Shown here one piece after another: positions 51,801 to 60,205 of a stretch of DNA of 64,000 nt. The stretch's first letter is position 1, and each line of letters opens with the position of its first letter. Source of the stretch: Macrostomum hystrix (taxonomy: Eukaryota > Animalia > Platyhelminthes); NCBI GenBank assembly GCA_950097015.1, contig CATNEN010000003.1, positions 11,904,001-11,968,000 on the forward strand, in the 5' to 3' direction. Made by a program: the position numbers and the translations under genes. The notes under the pieces are model-generated. The model was not told where the DNA came from. It saw only the letters and a program-made list of their open reading frames with translations, and made no database searches.

Positions 51801-54800
51801 ATTTTGCTCTCATTAAAATGCCTGTGTCAGCTTTTAGCTTCCAGTGTCAGGAACAAAATTATTTATAAACCCGCTTATTCAGTTATAAGTTATAGGTTAT
51901 AGATTAGTTTGTCAACTTTTCAATATGGTTTTAGCTTACGTTTGAAACGATAAAGGCCATTATCAGTCTTTGTCTTCTATTTTATTTGGCTTTTTATATT
52001 ACTTAGTGACTGAATAGTCGATAGTAGTTCAAACATTTTCGTTTGAAATATGGTATAATTCAATTTAAAGCAGGTAATTATAATCAGTTGTCAACCAGTC
52101 AACCATAAACTGTGCTCGGAGTGTTTCTTAATGGAAAAAATGTATTAATTTCTTCTTCCGTCTCTCTGCTTCACCCAGATGCAAACAGTAAGTAGTTAAA
52201 GTTCGCCTCGTCTGCTTTTTCTACTTATCAATTTGGGCCTTAGCCTTAGCATACTATTTTTATGTTTTATTTTGACATTGTGTGACTTTTTGGCTGTTAA
52301 AGAGCTTAACAGGTATCCTAAATTAGGACGTAGTACCGTTCCCTGCCATAGACAGTTTTAGCTGTTATTAATTATAATACTAAAAAAAGCATTGTACGTG
52401 TCTGAGCACCTTGGGACTAACAAAACAGTTCCTAGAATTTATTGTTTCTTTACAATCTGTCATTTTTAGTCAACTTGTGTAGGGGGTGGTCTGATACGTT
52501 TGCCTCTTGCACCGAGGTCCCTAAGCTCGATTCCGCGGCAAGGCCACATTAAATTGGGGCGCAGCCGCGGAGAGAAGGCTTGGGGGCCTTGTCGTGCAAT
52601 TCAAGCCCTTGAGGGTCAACCTCCAAGGCACAGTGAAAGTGTACACTGCCTGACGAAAAAGTCAGGTCAGATGTACACACCTGTGTGAGTGTGCCCGCTT
52701 ACGGTATCTGTGTGCTCAGGAGTCAGCGAAATGGGCAGAATTGCCTCCTCGCTGGCTGCGGGTCTAGTGTCACGACTTGATGTGTCATTGCCTGCAGCCC
52801 TCCTGCAGTTTTTATTTTAATTATTATTATTATTATATTAGTTAGAAAATCGCTGGAGTGACTAAAACCGAAATCACTGCACGTTATCGTTCATTGCGGA
52901 TTGTGTGCTTTGAATTGAATTGAATATTGTATATTATCTAAGCAGTTTTCCCACTTTTTTTGAGTTGTGTCACTCGGACCGATTCTCGCCTTCTAAAAGT
53001 GCATTCTAGTTCTATCTAACTAGGCTTGCATGATCCAGCTTTGAAATTGGATAAAAAATTGGTTGTTTCTCCTTTTTAGTTAACTACTATGCTTGTCTAG
53101 ACTTAGAAATGGAATCAAAGATCGATCTGAGCATCTTTGCATGCTCAAAGCATGTTATTTTGTTTTTTGGTGAATCCATAGCCGTTGTGGGTTACATTTA
53201 TATACGAGGGGTGTTTCAAAAGTAACGAGAATTTAGTCATAACTTTTTTAGTGGATAAACTTTTTAACTTGAAATTTTTACCCTGTAATTTTGCAAATAT
53301 GGACAGCACACAGCTTCAGTTGCAACCCTGTCGGTCTACATGCACCAGTGAAATCTCACATTGAAGTCCAGACCTCGAGATTAAAAATTACGATTTTTGT
53401 CTGTGGTCTATATACCTGAGAACTTGCTTAGAACTTGAAAACTGCTAATGATGCTGCTGATGCACTCAGCTGCTTCTGATACTGTCTCCGGTGTCTGCTG
53501 TTTATGGGCAAAGTTGCCTAGGAATTTTTGTTTTTTATGCTGCATGGGGCTGCTCAAAATTTCAAATGCTTGACTGAGAGACTTGACTGAAAAGTGCTTT
53601 CAAGTGAGACTATGGAACGACCGAAAGATCATTCAGAAATTTGATCGAAGGAAGGACAAAGGCATTTTATTGCTGTTCTGGTTCAACTTGGAAAGAAGCC
53701 ATGCGATATCGCTCGGGACCTGAACCTGGCATTTGGAGATCAGGCACTATCGCAAGCGCGGGTTTATGCTCACTGCAAGGCGTTCCGCGATGGTGCTACA
53801 GGATGTGGTGACGCGCCGAGGTCAGGTCGCCCCCGCACGTCAACGGATGACAACAGCAAACAAATTGTCCGTGAAAACCTCTGCGCCAATCCTTCTGCCA
53901 CATTGCGTGAAGTTGAGCAGGTCTGTAGCATCTCCATTGCTTCTGTGAGCCGCATCCTCAAGGAGATAAACTGGTCGAGAGTCTGTGCCAAGTGGGTGCC
54001 GCGTGAGTTGACCCTGGACCACAAAAGAAAGCGAATTCACTGTGCAACGGAGAACTTGCAGTTGTGGCAGCAACTTGGTGATCAGGAGTTTAAACGACTT
54101 CTCATCAGTATGGATGAGACACCACTGCCAATGTTTAATCCACTGACTAAGCAGCTGTCCATGCAGTGGGGGCCCAGGGGCCGTCAGCCACACACAAAGC
54201 CAATGGACATTCGGCATGGACACGCAACATCATGTGCACCGTGTGGTTTGACGCCTGTGGGGTTCTGATGGTCGACTACCTGCCAGACAAGGCCACCATC
54301 AATGCTGCATACGTGCAAGATCAAGTTGCTCGTCTGCGTGAAGTCATCCTCCAGAAGCGACGCATCATGCGCGCCAGGCCCTTCATCTTGTGGGACAACG
54401 CTCGCCCTCACGTCGCCGCGGCCACCACAAGGAAAGTGGAAGAGCTCGGCTTTCGGCTGCTTAATCATCCAACTTATTCACCAGACCTCGCCATTGCTGA
54501 CTTTCACTTGTTTGGAGTAATGAAGAAGCCCATGCGAGGTTGCGTCTTCACCAGTCGACAGGAAGTCATTGCGGCGGCCAACGAATCTCTCCATGCGCTG
54601 CCTGCGAGTTTTTGGGGGGAGGGAATCGACAAACTGCTGCATCGCTATGAGAAGTGTATCCAGCTCAATGGCAGCTTTGTGGAACGTGCTGAAATCGCTG
54701 AAGAAATGGACGAAGGCGCTGATTTTTGACACAACAAACACGTTCACCTGTTCACTCTTTTCCACAGACAAAAATCGTAATTTTTAATCTCGAGGTCTGG

Positions 54801-57126
54801 ACTTCAATGTGAGATTTCACTGGTGCATGTAGACCGACAGGGTTGCAACTGAAGCTGTGTGCTGTCCATATTTGCAAAATTACAGGGTAAAAATTTCAAG
54901 TTAAAAAGTTTATCCATTAAAAAGTTATGACTAAATTCTCGTTATTTTTGAAACACCCCTCGTAGCAGCTTGTTTTTCGGATTGAAGCTAATTATTAGCA
55001 AACAAACATTTTAACATTACTTTAAGGATTGTAAGAAACAGTCGTAGTGAGAGGTAAAAATTCGGTTTCCTTGCTGATAACTTAAAAATGGTTTGCTAAA
55101 ACGTTCTTTTGTCATTGTATAAAATGAAAAAAACGACTAAAGTGTAGTCCTTTTGTGGAATATAGAAAGTTTCTATGCATTCAAACTTTATTTAAAACTT
55201 TTCTTGCGAGTGTTCTTGTATTCGCAACAGTCTTGTAACTTTAGAAATGGTGATAGAACTCATTTACTTTCAAATTGAATCATTACTCAGCTTCAAAAAC
55301 TATCTAACATTTTGTTTCAATCCCCCCCCCAATTTTTCCTTACCTATCGTCGTCATTCGCCGTCAACTCGGAAACTATTGCAAAAAATATTTGCAAACTT
55401 CAAGCTAAGAGTAGTTCACGCTTTCAAAAGTACCATTGACACGCTGGGCGATCAGCAGCTGGACATTGTTGAACTTCACCGGCGTCGTTTAATGCTGCAC
55501 AGTCAGCGATCCAACACGCACCAGAAAGCATTCTATGGCCCAGCGGCATTGTCCGCAGCCGTCTCTTCGTCCGATTTACCTATTGTTGATTCGACAGATG
55601 GGACAAATGTGGCAGTTGCTGCGTCTTCTTCAACTAAGAGTCGCTCTGTAGAATATGTCCCACTGATTTTGCCGCATTCCGGCTTTGCTACGACGGTCAC
55701 TTCTTGCACCACCGCTTCTACGCCGTCCGGATCAGTTCACGCTGTCGAATTATCAACTTTAAAGGCTTGACATCATCACGGCGGATTGTATCTATCGATC
55801 ATCTAGACTAGATAGACCATTCGTCCAGTGCTGGATAATACATTCGTTCAAGCATCAGTCTGTTGGCTTAGTTTAGTAACAAGTAATTGCATCGGCTGAC
55901 AATTGTACATCAATGTGTACTTTTTCAATCAGATTTCTCATGTGTACATACAAGCCGATACAAGCGAAAGGTTCCCTAAAAACGCCTCTTTGTGATGCGT
56001 TTTGTTCTTGAAACTTGTGCAACACGTCAAAATGGGCATGTTTCGTCGTGGAATGCTAATAAAATTTGGAAAAAATACTTAAACGCAGTAATTTTTTCAC
56101 ACCTTACATAAGCGCAGAGATGCTTCTGCATAGGACGCCAGGGAAAAACCATTTAATAACTGTTCGTCTCCCTGTGACTCCTAATAAATATCGATATGCG
56201 GATTGCGAGCCGATGTGTCCAGTCTTGTTAAATGTCGTTTTTCCACCGCGTTGAAAATTGTGAACCTCTGTCGCGCCAGAGTGCACTTTCAAGCTTTTAC
56301 CGAGTCTCTGCTAGTTTGCCTGCTTGTTAGCAACAGCTATCGTCTTATCATTCTTATCATAATAATCGATTAAAAAAAGAAATACTTTATTGATATAAAA
56401 ACATTAAAACTTCGCCAAAAGCAGTTCAAGAAATTCGTTAAGAATGCGAAGAAATATTTTTCGTTGAAATCGAAGAACCTATATTGTGCGCTTGTGCTTT
56501 TCTGTCTGTGTCTGTCTTGATTAGTACACGTTGCAAAATATTTTTGTTTATTCATTTGTTTGCTTGTGGCTCCCAACCTTTAGAGCTAGGATAATAATAT
56601 TTAATTGAATATACCTGACTGGGGAACGCCGCGCCCACCCTTATTTTACAACTGGGTGAACTGAAGCAATGCTGAGTTAAGTGTCTTGCTAAAATATCAT
56701 CATTTTTGCGAAGTCGGACCACAAGGCTAAAACCACTAGGATAAAACCAGTAGGATATTGTATTGCTTTTCTCTGTTGTTGCCTATTGCACAATTCGTCA
56801 AGAATCAATAAGACTTAGAAAGTGTGTACGTGTTGTTGGCATAACTTTTTTGCACCTAGTGTTTTTATAAGATTTGTCACCTTGCCAACAATTGGAATAA
56901 AAACTAACCACGTTTCTTATCACACACACACACACAGATTCGAGTGGTTAACGCCTTCCGCATGGGCATAGACACAGACTTTGATCGACGCTCCACTAAC
57001 AATAGTTTATCATCCGACCAGATTGCTAATTTCTTGCGCAGCAATCCATCGGTTGATCGCGAAGAGGATAGCGAAGGCGAGATCGCTTTCGCCGACGAGC
57101 GAACCAACGGCGAGGTGGCAGCCTAG
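24865..57126 (+). CDS. PMCA: Plasma membrane Ca2+-ATPase (P2B), PMCA-1, ~1165-1190 aa with the distal terminal exon
   Basis: Exons 24865-25030, 29609-29782, 31732-32118, 37211-37369, [microexons], 41327-41845, 42412-42521, 43214-43516, 44095-44514, 45284-45646, 46096-46309, 46403-46605, 47895-48002, 48087-48269, then a terminal exon (distal 56938-57126). All are frame-consistent. Motifs: [55 protein letters not shown] and the CaM-binding [15 protein letters not shown]|IRVVNAF. Confidence 0.96.
25063..26960. repeat. Minisatellite, 21-bp unit GGCATTCACCAATCTCTAATT (~90 units), PMCA-1 intron 1
   Basis: Very homogeneous array starting about 30 nt after the donor at 25031. Confidence 0.98.
27800..28202. 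repeat. Minisatellite, 40-bp pyrimidine-rich unit, PMCA-1 intron 1
   Basis: CCTTTATCCCATTAATTCTCCTCTACACTCCCAATCCTCC repeated about 10 times. Confidence 0.93.
28950..29465. repeat. Minisatellite, 20-bp unit GCTGTCTGTTATCTTATCTA, PMCA-1 intron 1
   Basis: About 25 tandem units. Confidence 0.96.
29832..30720. repeat. Minisatellite, 21-bp unit ATCTAGATAGATCAGGTTAGA, PMCA-1 intron 2
   Basis: About 40 tandem units starting about 50 nt after the donor. Confidence 0.96.
31156..31700. repeat. Minisatellite, 20-bp unit CAGCTCCGACATGTTAGACA, PMCA-1 intron 2
   Basis: About 27 units ending about 30 nt before the acceptor at 31731. Confidence 0.96.
32186..32722. repeat. Minisatellite, 20-bp unit TGGGTCTAGGTGTTAGGCAG (40-bp dimer variants), PMCA-1 intron 3
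   Basis: Tandem units. Confidence 0.95.
33210..33968. repeat. Minisatellite, 23/24-bp unit CCCTTCAGATCCTGATGTTAACA, PMCA-1 intron 3
   Basis: Tandem units. Confidence 0.95.
34890..35496 (+). mobile_element. Complete hAT (Charlie-like) MITE with internal 16-bp minisatellite
   Basis: TIR CAGGGGTCGGCAAAC / GTTTGCCTACCCCTG; 8-bp TSD CTCTACAG at 34882-34889 and 35497-35504; GCGGCCC subterminal motifs; array at about 34980-35417. Confidence 0.92.
35888..36247 (-). mobile_element. SINE family 1, near full-length copy
   Basis: Head, body and (TTA)n tail as in 19455-19831; a more degenerate fragment follows at about 36430-36490. Confidence 0.9.
37432..37968. repeat. Minisatellite, 20-bp unit AGTGTCTGAGGGGGTCAGGT (copy 1)
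   Basis: Tandem units between exon 4 and the first microexon. Confidence 0.96.
38014..38031 (+). CDS. PMCA-1 candidate site-A microexon, 18 nt (GEQGTP)
   Basis: tgtccag|GCGAGCAAGGGACACCAC|gtaagt; phase 1-1, no stop. Confidence 0.6.
38848..38874 (+). CDS. PMCA-1 candidate site-A microexon, 27 nt (xLNQGAKKS)
   Basis: ttctatcgccag|TTCTGAATCAGGGTGCAAAGAAGTCTG|gtatgt; phase 1-1, no stop. Confidence 0.55.
39355..39384 (+). CDS. PMCA-1 candidate site-A microexon, 30 nt ([10 protein letters not shown])
   Basis: ctgcttttacag|CTAGCAACTCAAGGCAATATTTGACGAGCG|gtcagt; phase 1-1, no stop. Confidence 0.45.
39628..40168. repeat. Minisatellite, 15-bp unit CCCTCACTATCTCAT
   Basis: Tandem units with a duplicated block near the right end. 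Confidence 0.92.
40645..41104. repeat. Minisatellite, 20-bp unit AGTGTCTGAGGGGGTCAGGT (copy 2)
   Basis: Same unit and orientation as 37432-37968, more diverged. Confidence 0.93.
42574..43165. repeat. Minisatellite, 23-bp unit GATGGATAGATCTAGTTGGGGTA
   Basis: Fills most of intron 42522-43213. Confidence 0.95.
43620..44020. repeat. Minisatellite, 21-bp unit CCCATTATTTCTAGTCAAAAT (degenerate)
   Basis: Tandem units in intron 43517-44094. Confidence 0.88.
44760..45045. repeat. Tandem repeat, ~49-bp unit containing TTCCGTTGTTTCTAGGAAATGGAT
   Basis: About 6 copies in intron 44515-45283. Confidence 0.85.
45693..46080. repeat. Minisatellite, ~31-bp unit CTATGACCAACCCTATGACTGTACACTCACC
   Basis: Fills intron 45647-46095 and ends about 15 nt before the acceptor. 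Confidence 0.88.
46830..47830. repeat. Minisatellite, 30-bp unit ATTGGTCATTGACCTTTTCCTACTCTCATA
   Basis: About 33 units in intron 46606-47894; source of the spurious 336-aa minus-strand ORF. Confidence 0.96.
49726..50523. repeat. Minisatellite, 35-bp unit AGACACCAGCTCCCTGAAGTAGTATAACTGAGGTT
   Basis: About 22 near-identical units with no unique spacers. Confidence 0.97.
50673..50888 (+). CDS. PMCA-1 alternative terminal exon C1 ([13 protein letters not shown]...STERA*), 71 aa
   Basis: aaaatcag| acceptor in phase 0 after LQTQ; GC-rich coding-like island in AT-rich intron; lacks the RVVxAF half of the CaM site. Confidence 0.55.
   Translation, partial: RRMVDDMRSIEPWMASALRRIEERRMTISSIGSGSAAATAAAAANSSAPGAAVVATAKAADGNRLKSTERA
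50973..51357. mobile_element. CACTA/EnSpm-type MITE (CCC...GGG ends, 2-bp TSD)
   Basis: 34-bp TIR CCCGCCTGGCTGYGGTAATCCGGTTTTTAYCCGG (2 mismatches), AA on both sides, many internal TCCGG repeats. Confidence 0.78.
52481..52836 (+). mobile_element. SINE family 1 copy
   Basis: Reverse complement of the minus-strand copies; (TTA)n tail at about 52820-52836. Confidence 0.9.
53205..54962 (+). mobile_element. Mariner (DD34D) transposon with ~200-bp TIRs and TA target duplication
   Basis: TA|CGAGGGGTGTTTCAAAA ... TTTTGAAACACCCCTCG|TA. TIRs at 53205-53406 and 54762-54962 differ by about 2 substitutions and 1 indel. Confidence 0.96.
53612..54729 (+). pseudogene. Mariner transposase pseudogene
   Basis: ATG at 53612, in-frame TGA at 53642, frameshift near 54190-54225. 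Motifs [33 protein letters not shown]; 34 residues between the 2nd and 3rd catalytic Asp. Confidence 0.92.
55405..55770 (+). CDS. PMCA-1 alternative terminal exon C2 ([10 protein letters not shown]...STLKA*), 121 aa
   Basis: acttcaag| acceptor, phase 0; completes the CaM-binding domain as LQTQ|LRVVHAFKS. Confidence 0.8.
   Translation, partial: LRVVHAFKSTIDTLGDQQLDIVELHRRRLMLHSQRSNTHQKAFYGPAALSAAVSSSDLPIVDSTDGTNVAVAASSSTKSRSVEYVPLILPHSGFATTVTSCTTASTPSGSVHAVELSTLKA
56638..56692 (-). mobile_element. Degenerate CORE-SINE core remnant
   Basis: Minus-strand AGCAAGACACTTAACTCAGCATTGCTTCAGTTCACCCAGTTGTAAAATAAGGG resembles the CORE consensus. Confidence 0.55.
56938..57126 (+). CDS. PMCA-1 alternative terminal exon C3 ([10 protein letters not shown]...GEVAA*), 62 aa
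   Basis: (ac)n-ag| acceptor, phase 0; canonical IRVVNAFR continuation of the CaM-binding domain. Confidence 0.88.
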   Translation: MRVVNAFRMGIDTDFDRRSTNNSLSSDQIANFLRSNPSVDREEDSEGEIAFADERTNGEVAA

Positions 57127-58671
57127 ACTGACACATGTTTTTACAGCGTGTATACTGTGCTAAAATCTACGTAGCTATGTGTTTAGGCAGGGGGACTAGC
57201 TTAATGTGAATCCTCGGTGTGTTTTTCTATGAAATCTTCCTATTTTATATTACACTGTGGTGTAAGTGTGTTGTGCTTACTATTTATAATTTCATCTTTT
57301 TTAGTTGAATATAAGATCGGCCTATATTTTAACATAATATAATTGACAATCATAGAAATTGTCTTCAAAAAAGTTGAAAATTAAAAGTGGCAGGCATCCT
57401 TAACGTATCTCTTTGTAGTTGATGTTAGTGTAATGAAACATTGATTCGCAAACTGTATGTTGATTTCAATAATACTCGACCTCTTAACTATTGGCGTATG
57501 CGCGTATGTGTATTTGGTCAGATGAGTGCCAGAGTAAGTACCTATGCCTAATTTGTATAATCAATTTGTAATTTTTCGCGTCACATCAATGCTTCGTTGT
57601 GTCCCCTGGCGCGTATCACTTGCTCACACTGCACTACTCACTACTCAATAGAAAGCAGTAGATAGTAGTGTTTTGTCATCAAGATTTAAGTTTATTTGAT
57701 TAATAAACTTGGATTTTTACTTCGATTTTTGCAGTGTGAAACTGCCTGTCGTACTACTGAATAATGCTTCCTCGTGTCGTGCCCAACAGTAGTATACTAA
57801 GCCTCAGAAAAAGCTATCTTTTTTTAAATAAAAAACAGCCGTTTATTTTGCGATTTTTAGTTTTAAATTCTGCTTCTAGCTTTTCTCATTTGCTTATTTA
57901 AAGAAATAAATCATTCTTTTAAGCTTTTTTTGCTTTAGTAACTTAGTATTGAGTGACTTGTTTACAATTTTTGTAGTTTATTATCAACTGTACGATTTTG
58001 TGGTACGTCAAAACAAACTATCGATTTTTCACTTGGCACCAATATGCATCAAAAAGCATCACGCATAAACGTATACTATTTTATTTTTTTGCAAGAATCG
58101 TCTCTTTATTTACATGCGTCGATCGGCACTAAAATTGCGCTGGGCAGAACTTAAGGTAGTCTTAATTAGAGTACTATTGCATTATTGAGATATGATAATA
58201 AGACTAGGTAGGGTATTTCGTGTTAGTTAAGCTTGTCTTGTTTCTGTAATGCAAGTTAATCTGCTGTTGCTGCTGATCCTGCTGCACGACTTTGAAAGCC
58301 TGGAATATAATAGCACATATATTTATTTGTTTATACCGTCGCATCAGTTCGATCTAGGTCTTACTAATGCTCGCCCGTGTTCGTAAAAAGGATTTTTTTA
58401 ATTACGATACAGTTAAAGAGAATCCTTACAAACCGTTAAGCGTATATTTAAACATAAATATATATACTTCAGTTTCTATAATAAAAAACCTTGCATATCC
58501 ATCAATGATCCTGTATTCGTCCAATCAACAAAACCCGTGTCTTGATATAATCATTCTTGATTTTTTTTTCTTTACAAACCTTGCAATGGTCCGAATTTTG
58601 TTCACTATGATCAAGTTTAAGTTAAGTTATAAGAAGGCCTGGTGGCTTATCGCATAATTAATTATGATCAT

Positions 58672-58730
58672 GGGCAGATGTACACACCTGTAGCAGTCCG
58701 CGTACGTAACCACGTCTTTGTGTGTGCTCA
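58672..58730 (+). mobile_element. SINE family 1 short fragment
   Basis: GGGCAGATGTACACACCTGT...TGTGTGTGCTCA; a similar minus-strand fragment lies at about 14778-14832. Confidence 0.55.
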
Positions 58731-59227
58731 CTAGTCCTTAGGTTAATGAGCTGAATGATTTTGGATCGCCAGTTGGCATTCGTTTATGGCCAAAACTAGG
58801 AATATACCAATATTGATAGGCTGCAGAGCCCGAGACATATTCGACCATAGACAACAGCAGTGGGCGGGCTGCCGTTAGTTTCAACCTCGTTTCAACACGC
58901 GTAGGCCAACTACAACTTATATGAGTATGGAGCCCCTGAATTCAGGAGTTCATTTTGTGTGGTTTCTGTTGACATTGAACGGACAACCGCGACTACTTTA
59001 CTTTAGACAGGAAAGTTGCAACAGCATCTATGCTCTTCGAGGCAAACTATTTCGATAAGTCTGTAGATTTTTTATTCATTTTATTTAACCGAATTAATCA
59101 ACATCCCGCCCTTCACGATAACTGCTAAACTTTCACAGCCGTCCGACGTCAGCATCGTCGAGTCATTCAGCGATTCTTGTCGAGGAACCTAGTGACAAGG
59201 ACAACTATAACATTTCTCTGTATAAAA

Positions 59228-59400
59228 CTCGACGATGCCGATGTTTTGTAATCCTAGAGTTGTTTTACCGGATAGAGCGAAGAAGTTTAGCCCGCATTCT
59301 GGATTTTCATGGCGATGGGTCGAATCTTTTGGGAGATACAGAAAAAAATAGACATGTGGGTGTTTGACGTACCCCTTCTAACAGGTCTTTCAATAGTTAA
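59228..59400 (-). mobile_element. Degenerate fragment of the TTAA-type MITE family
   Basis: Reverse complement of about 22346-22520, ending GGTCTTTCAATAG-TTAA. Confidence 0.65.
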
Positions 59401-60205
59401 AAGTTCGCTTTGCAGCGTATTTTGCTTCAGAACCAATGCTCGCATTGCTGATTTGACTCTTAACACTACAGAGGAGGAGGCTATGGTGCCTCAGCTGTCC
59501 TGTCTAATGTTGATTATACAGGACATTATTCTTAAGCCTGGCGAGAATCAGACTCACAATATTGTTACCATGGTTACACGCACACTGGTAAGAGTTGAAT
59601 GAATAGTTCAAAATTGCTGAGTTCAGACAGACTGCTTTTCCCATTTCGGACTGTGGATGCGAAAGGCCAAACAGGGAGAGGCAGGTGAGCAAACGGACGG
59701 GGCGAACTTTCTGCCCCTGCGCCATTATTTTCCTTCTCTTAAAACTGTACAGCGAGATCTGCTCTGTCAGACAACCCAGGTTTACTCCCCATGATTTCAA
59801 TCCCCTCTGCATCCCCATGCCGCTAATGTTCCCGCCTGCAGCAGAGTACAGTTCCATTTCATCCTTGTATTCTCTCCATTTTTATTGAACCACTTTGAGT
59901 CGGTTTTGACCGGCTATTTCCTCCGCAACTCCTCCGTTCTTCACCCATTGTGAGTGCTGAACTGTCTCCCTTGCTGGCTTAAACCAGTTAATCCCGTGTT
60001 TGCCAGAATTCTATATTATTGTGAAGCTGCTAAGCAATTTTAGATTTACGGCTATCCAACTTCTCGCCTTTGCCATTTGATATAAATCTATCTTAATCGT
60101 GCTCCTCGTCAGAGGTAAAAGTCTTGATCTACGTTTGATAATATTTTAAGGCCATTTTGCTTTCTAATTTGCTTCAAGGCTAAGGCGCGTCCATTGTAAG
60201 TCCCG

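Noticed and set aside
52725-52765. SINE family 1 contains GCCTCCTCGCTGGC, matching P3/L3 of the genomic HDV ribozyme as I recall it, with GCGAAATGGG nearby
   Set aside because: The GCGAA element is upstream rather than downstream, I cannot build a 7-bp P1 or a P2, and a simple CAGCGA/TCGCTG hairpin explains the sequence. An HDV-descriptor search of the consensus would settle it.
59400-60000. Moderately GC-rich stretch with ORF 59504-59857 upstream of PMCA-2
   Set aside because: I see no recognisable motif or element ends; it may be a transposon fragment but cannot be called without a database search.
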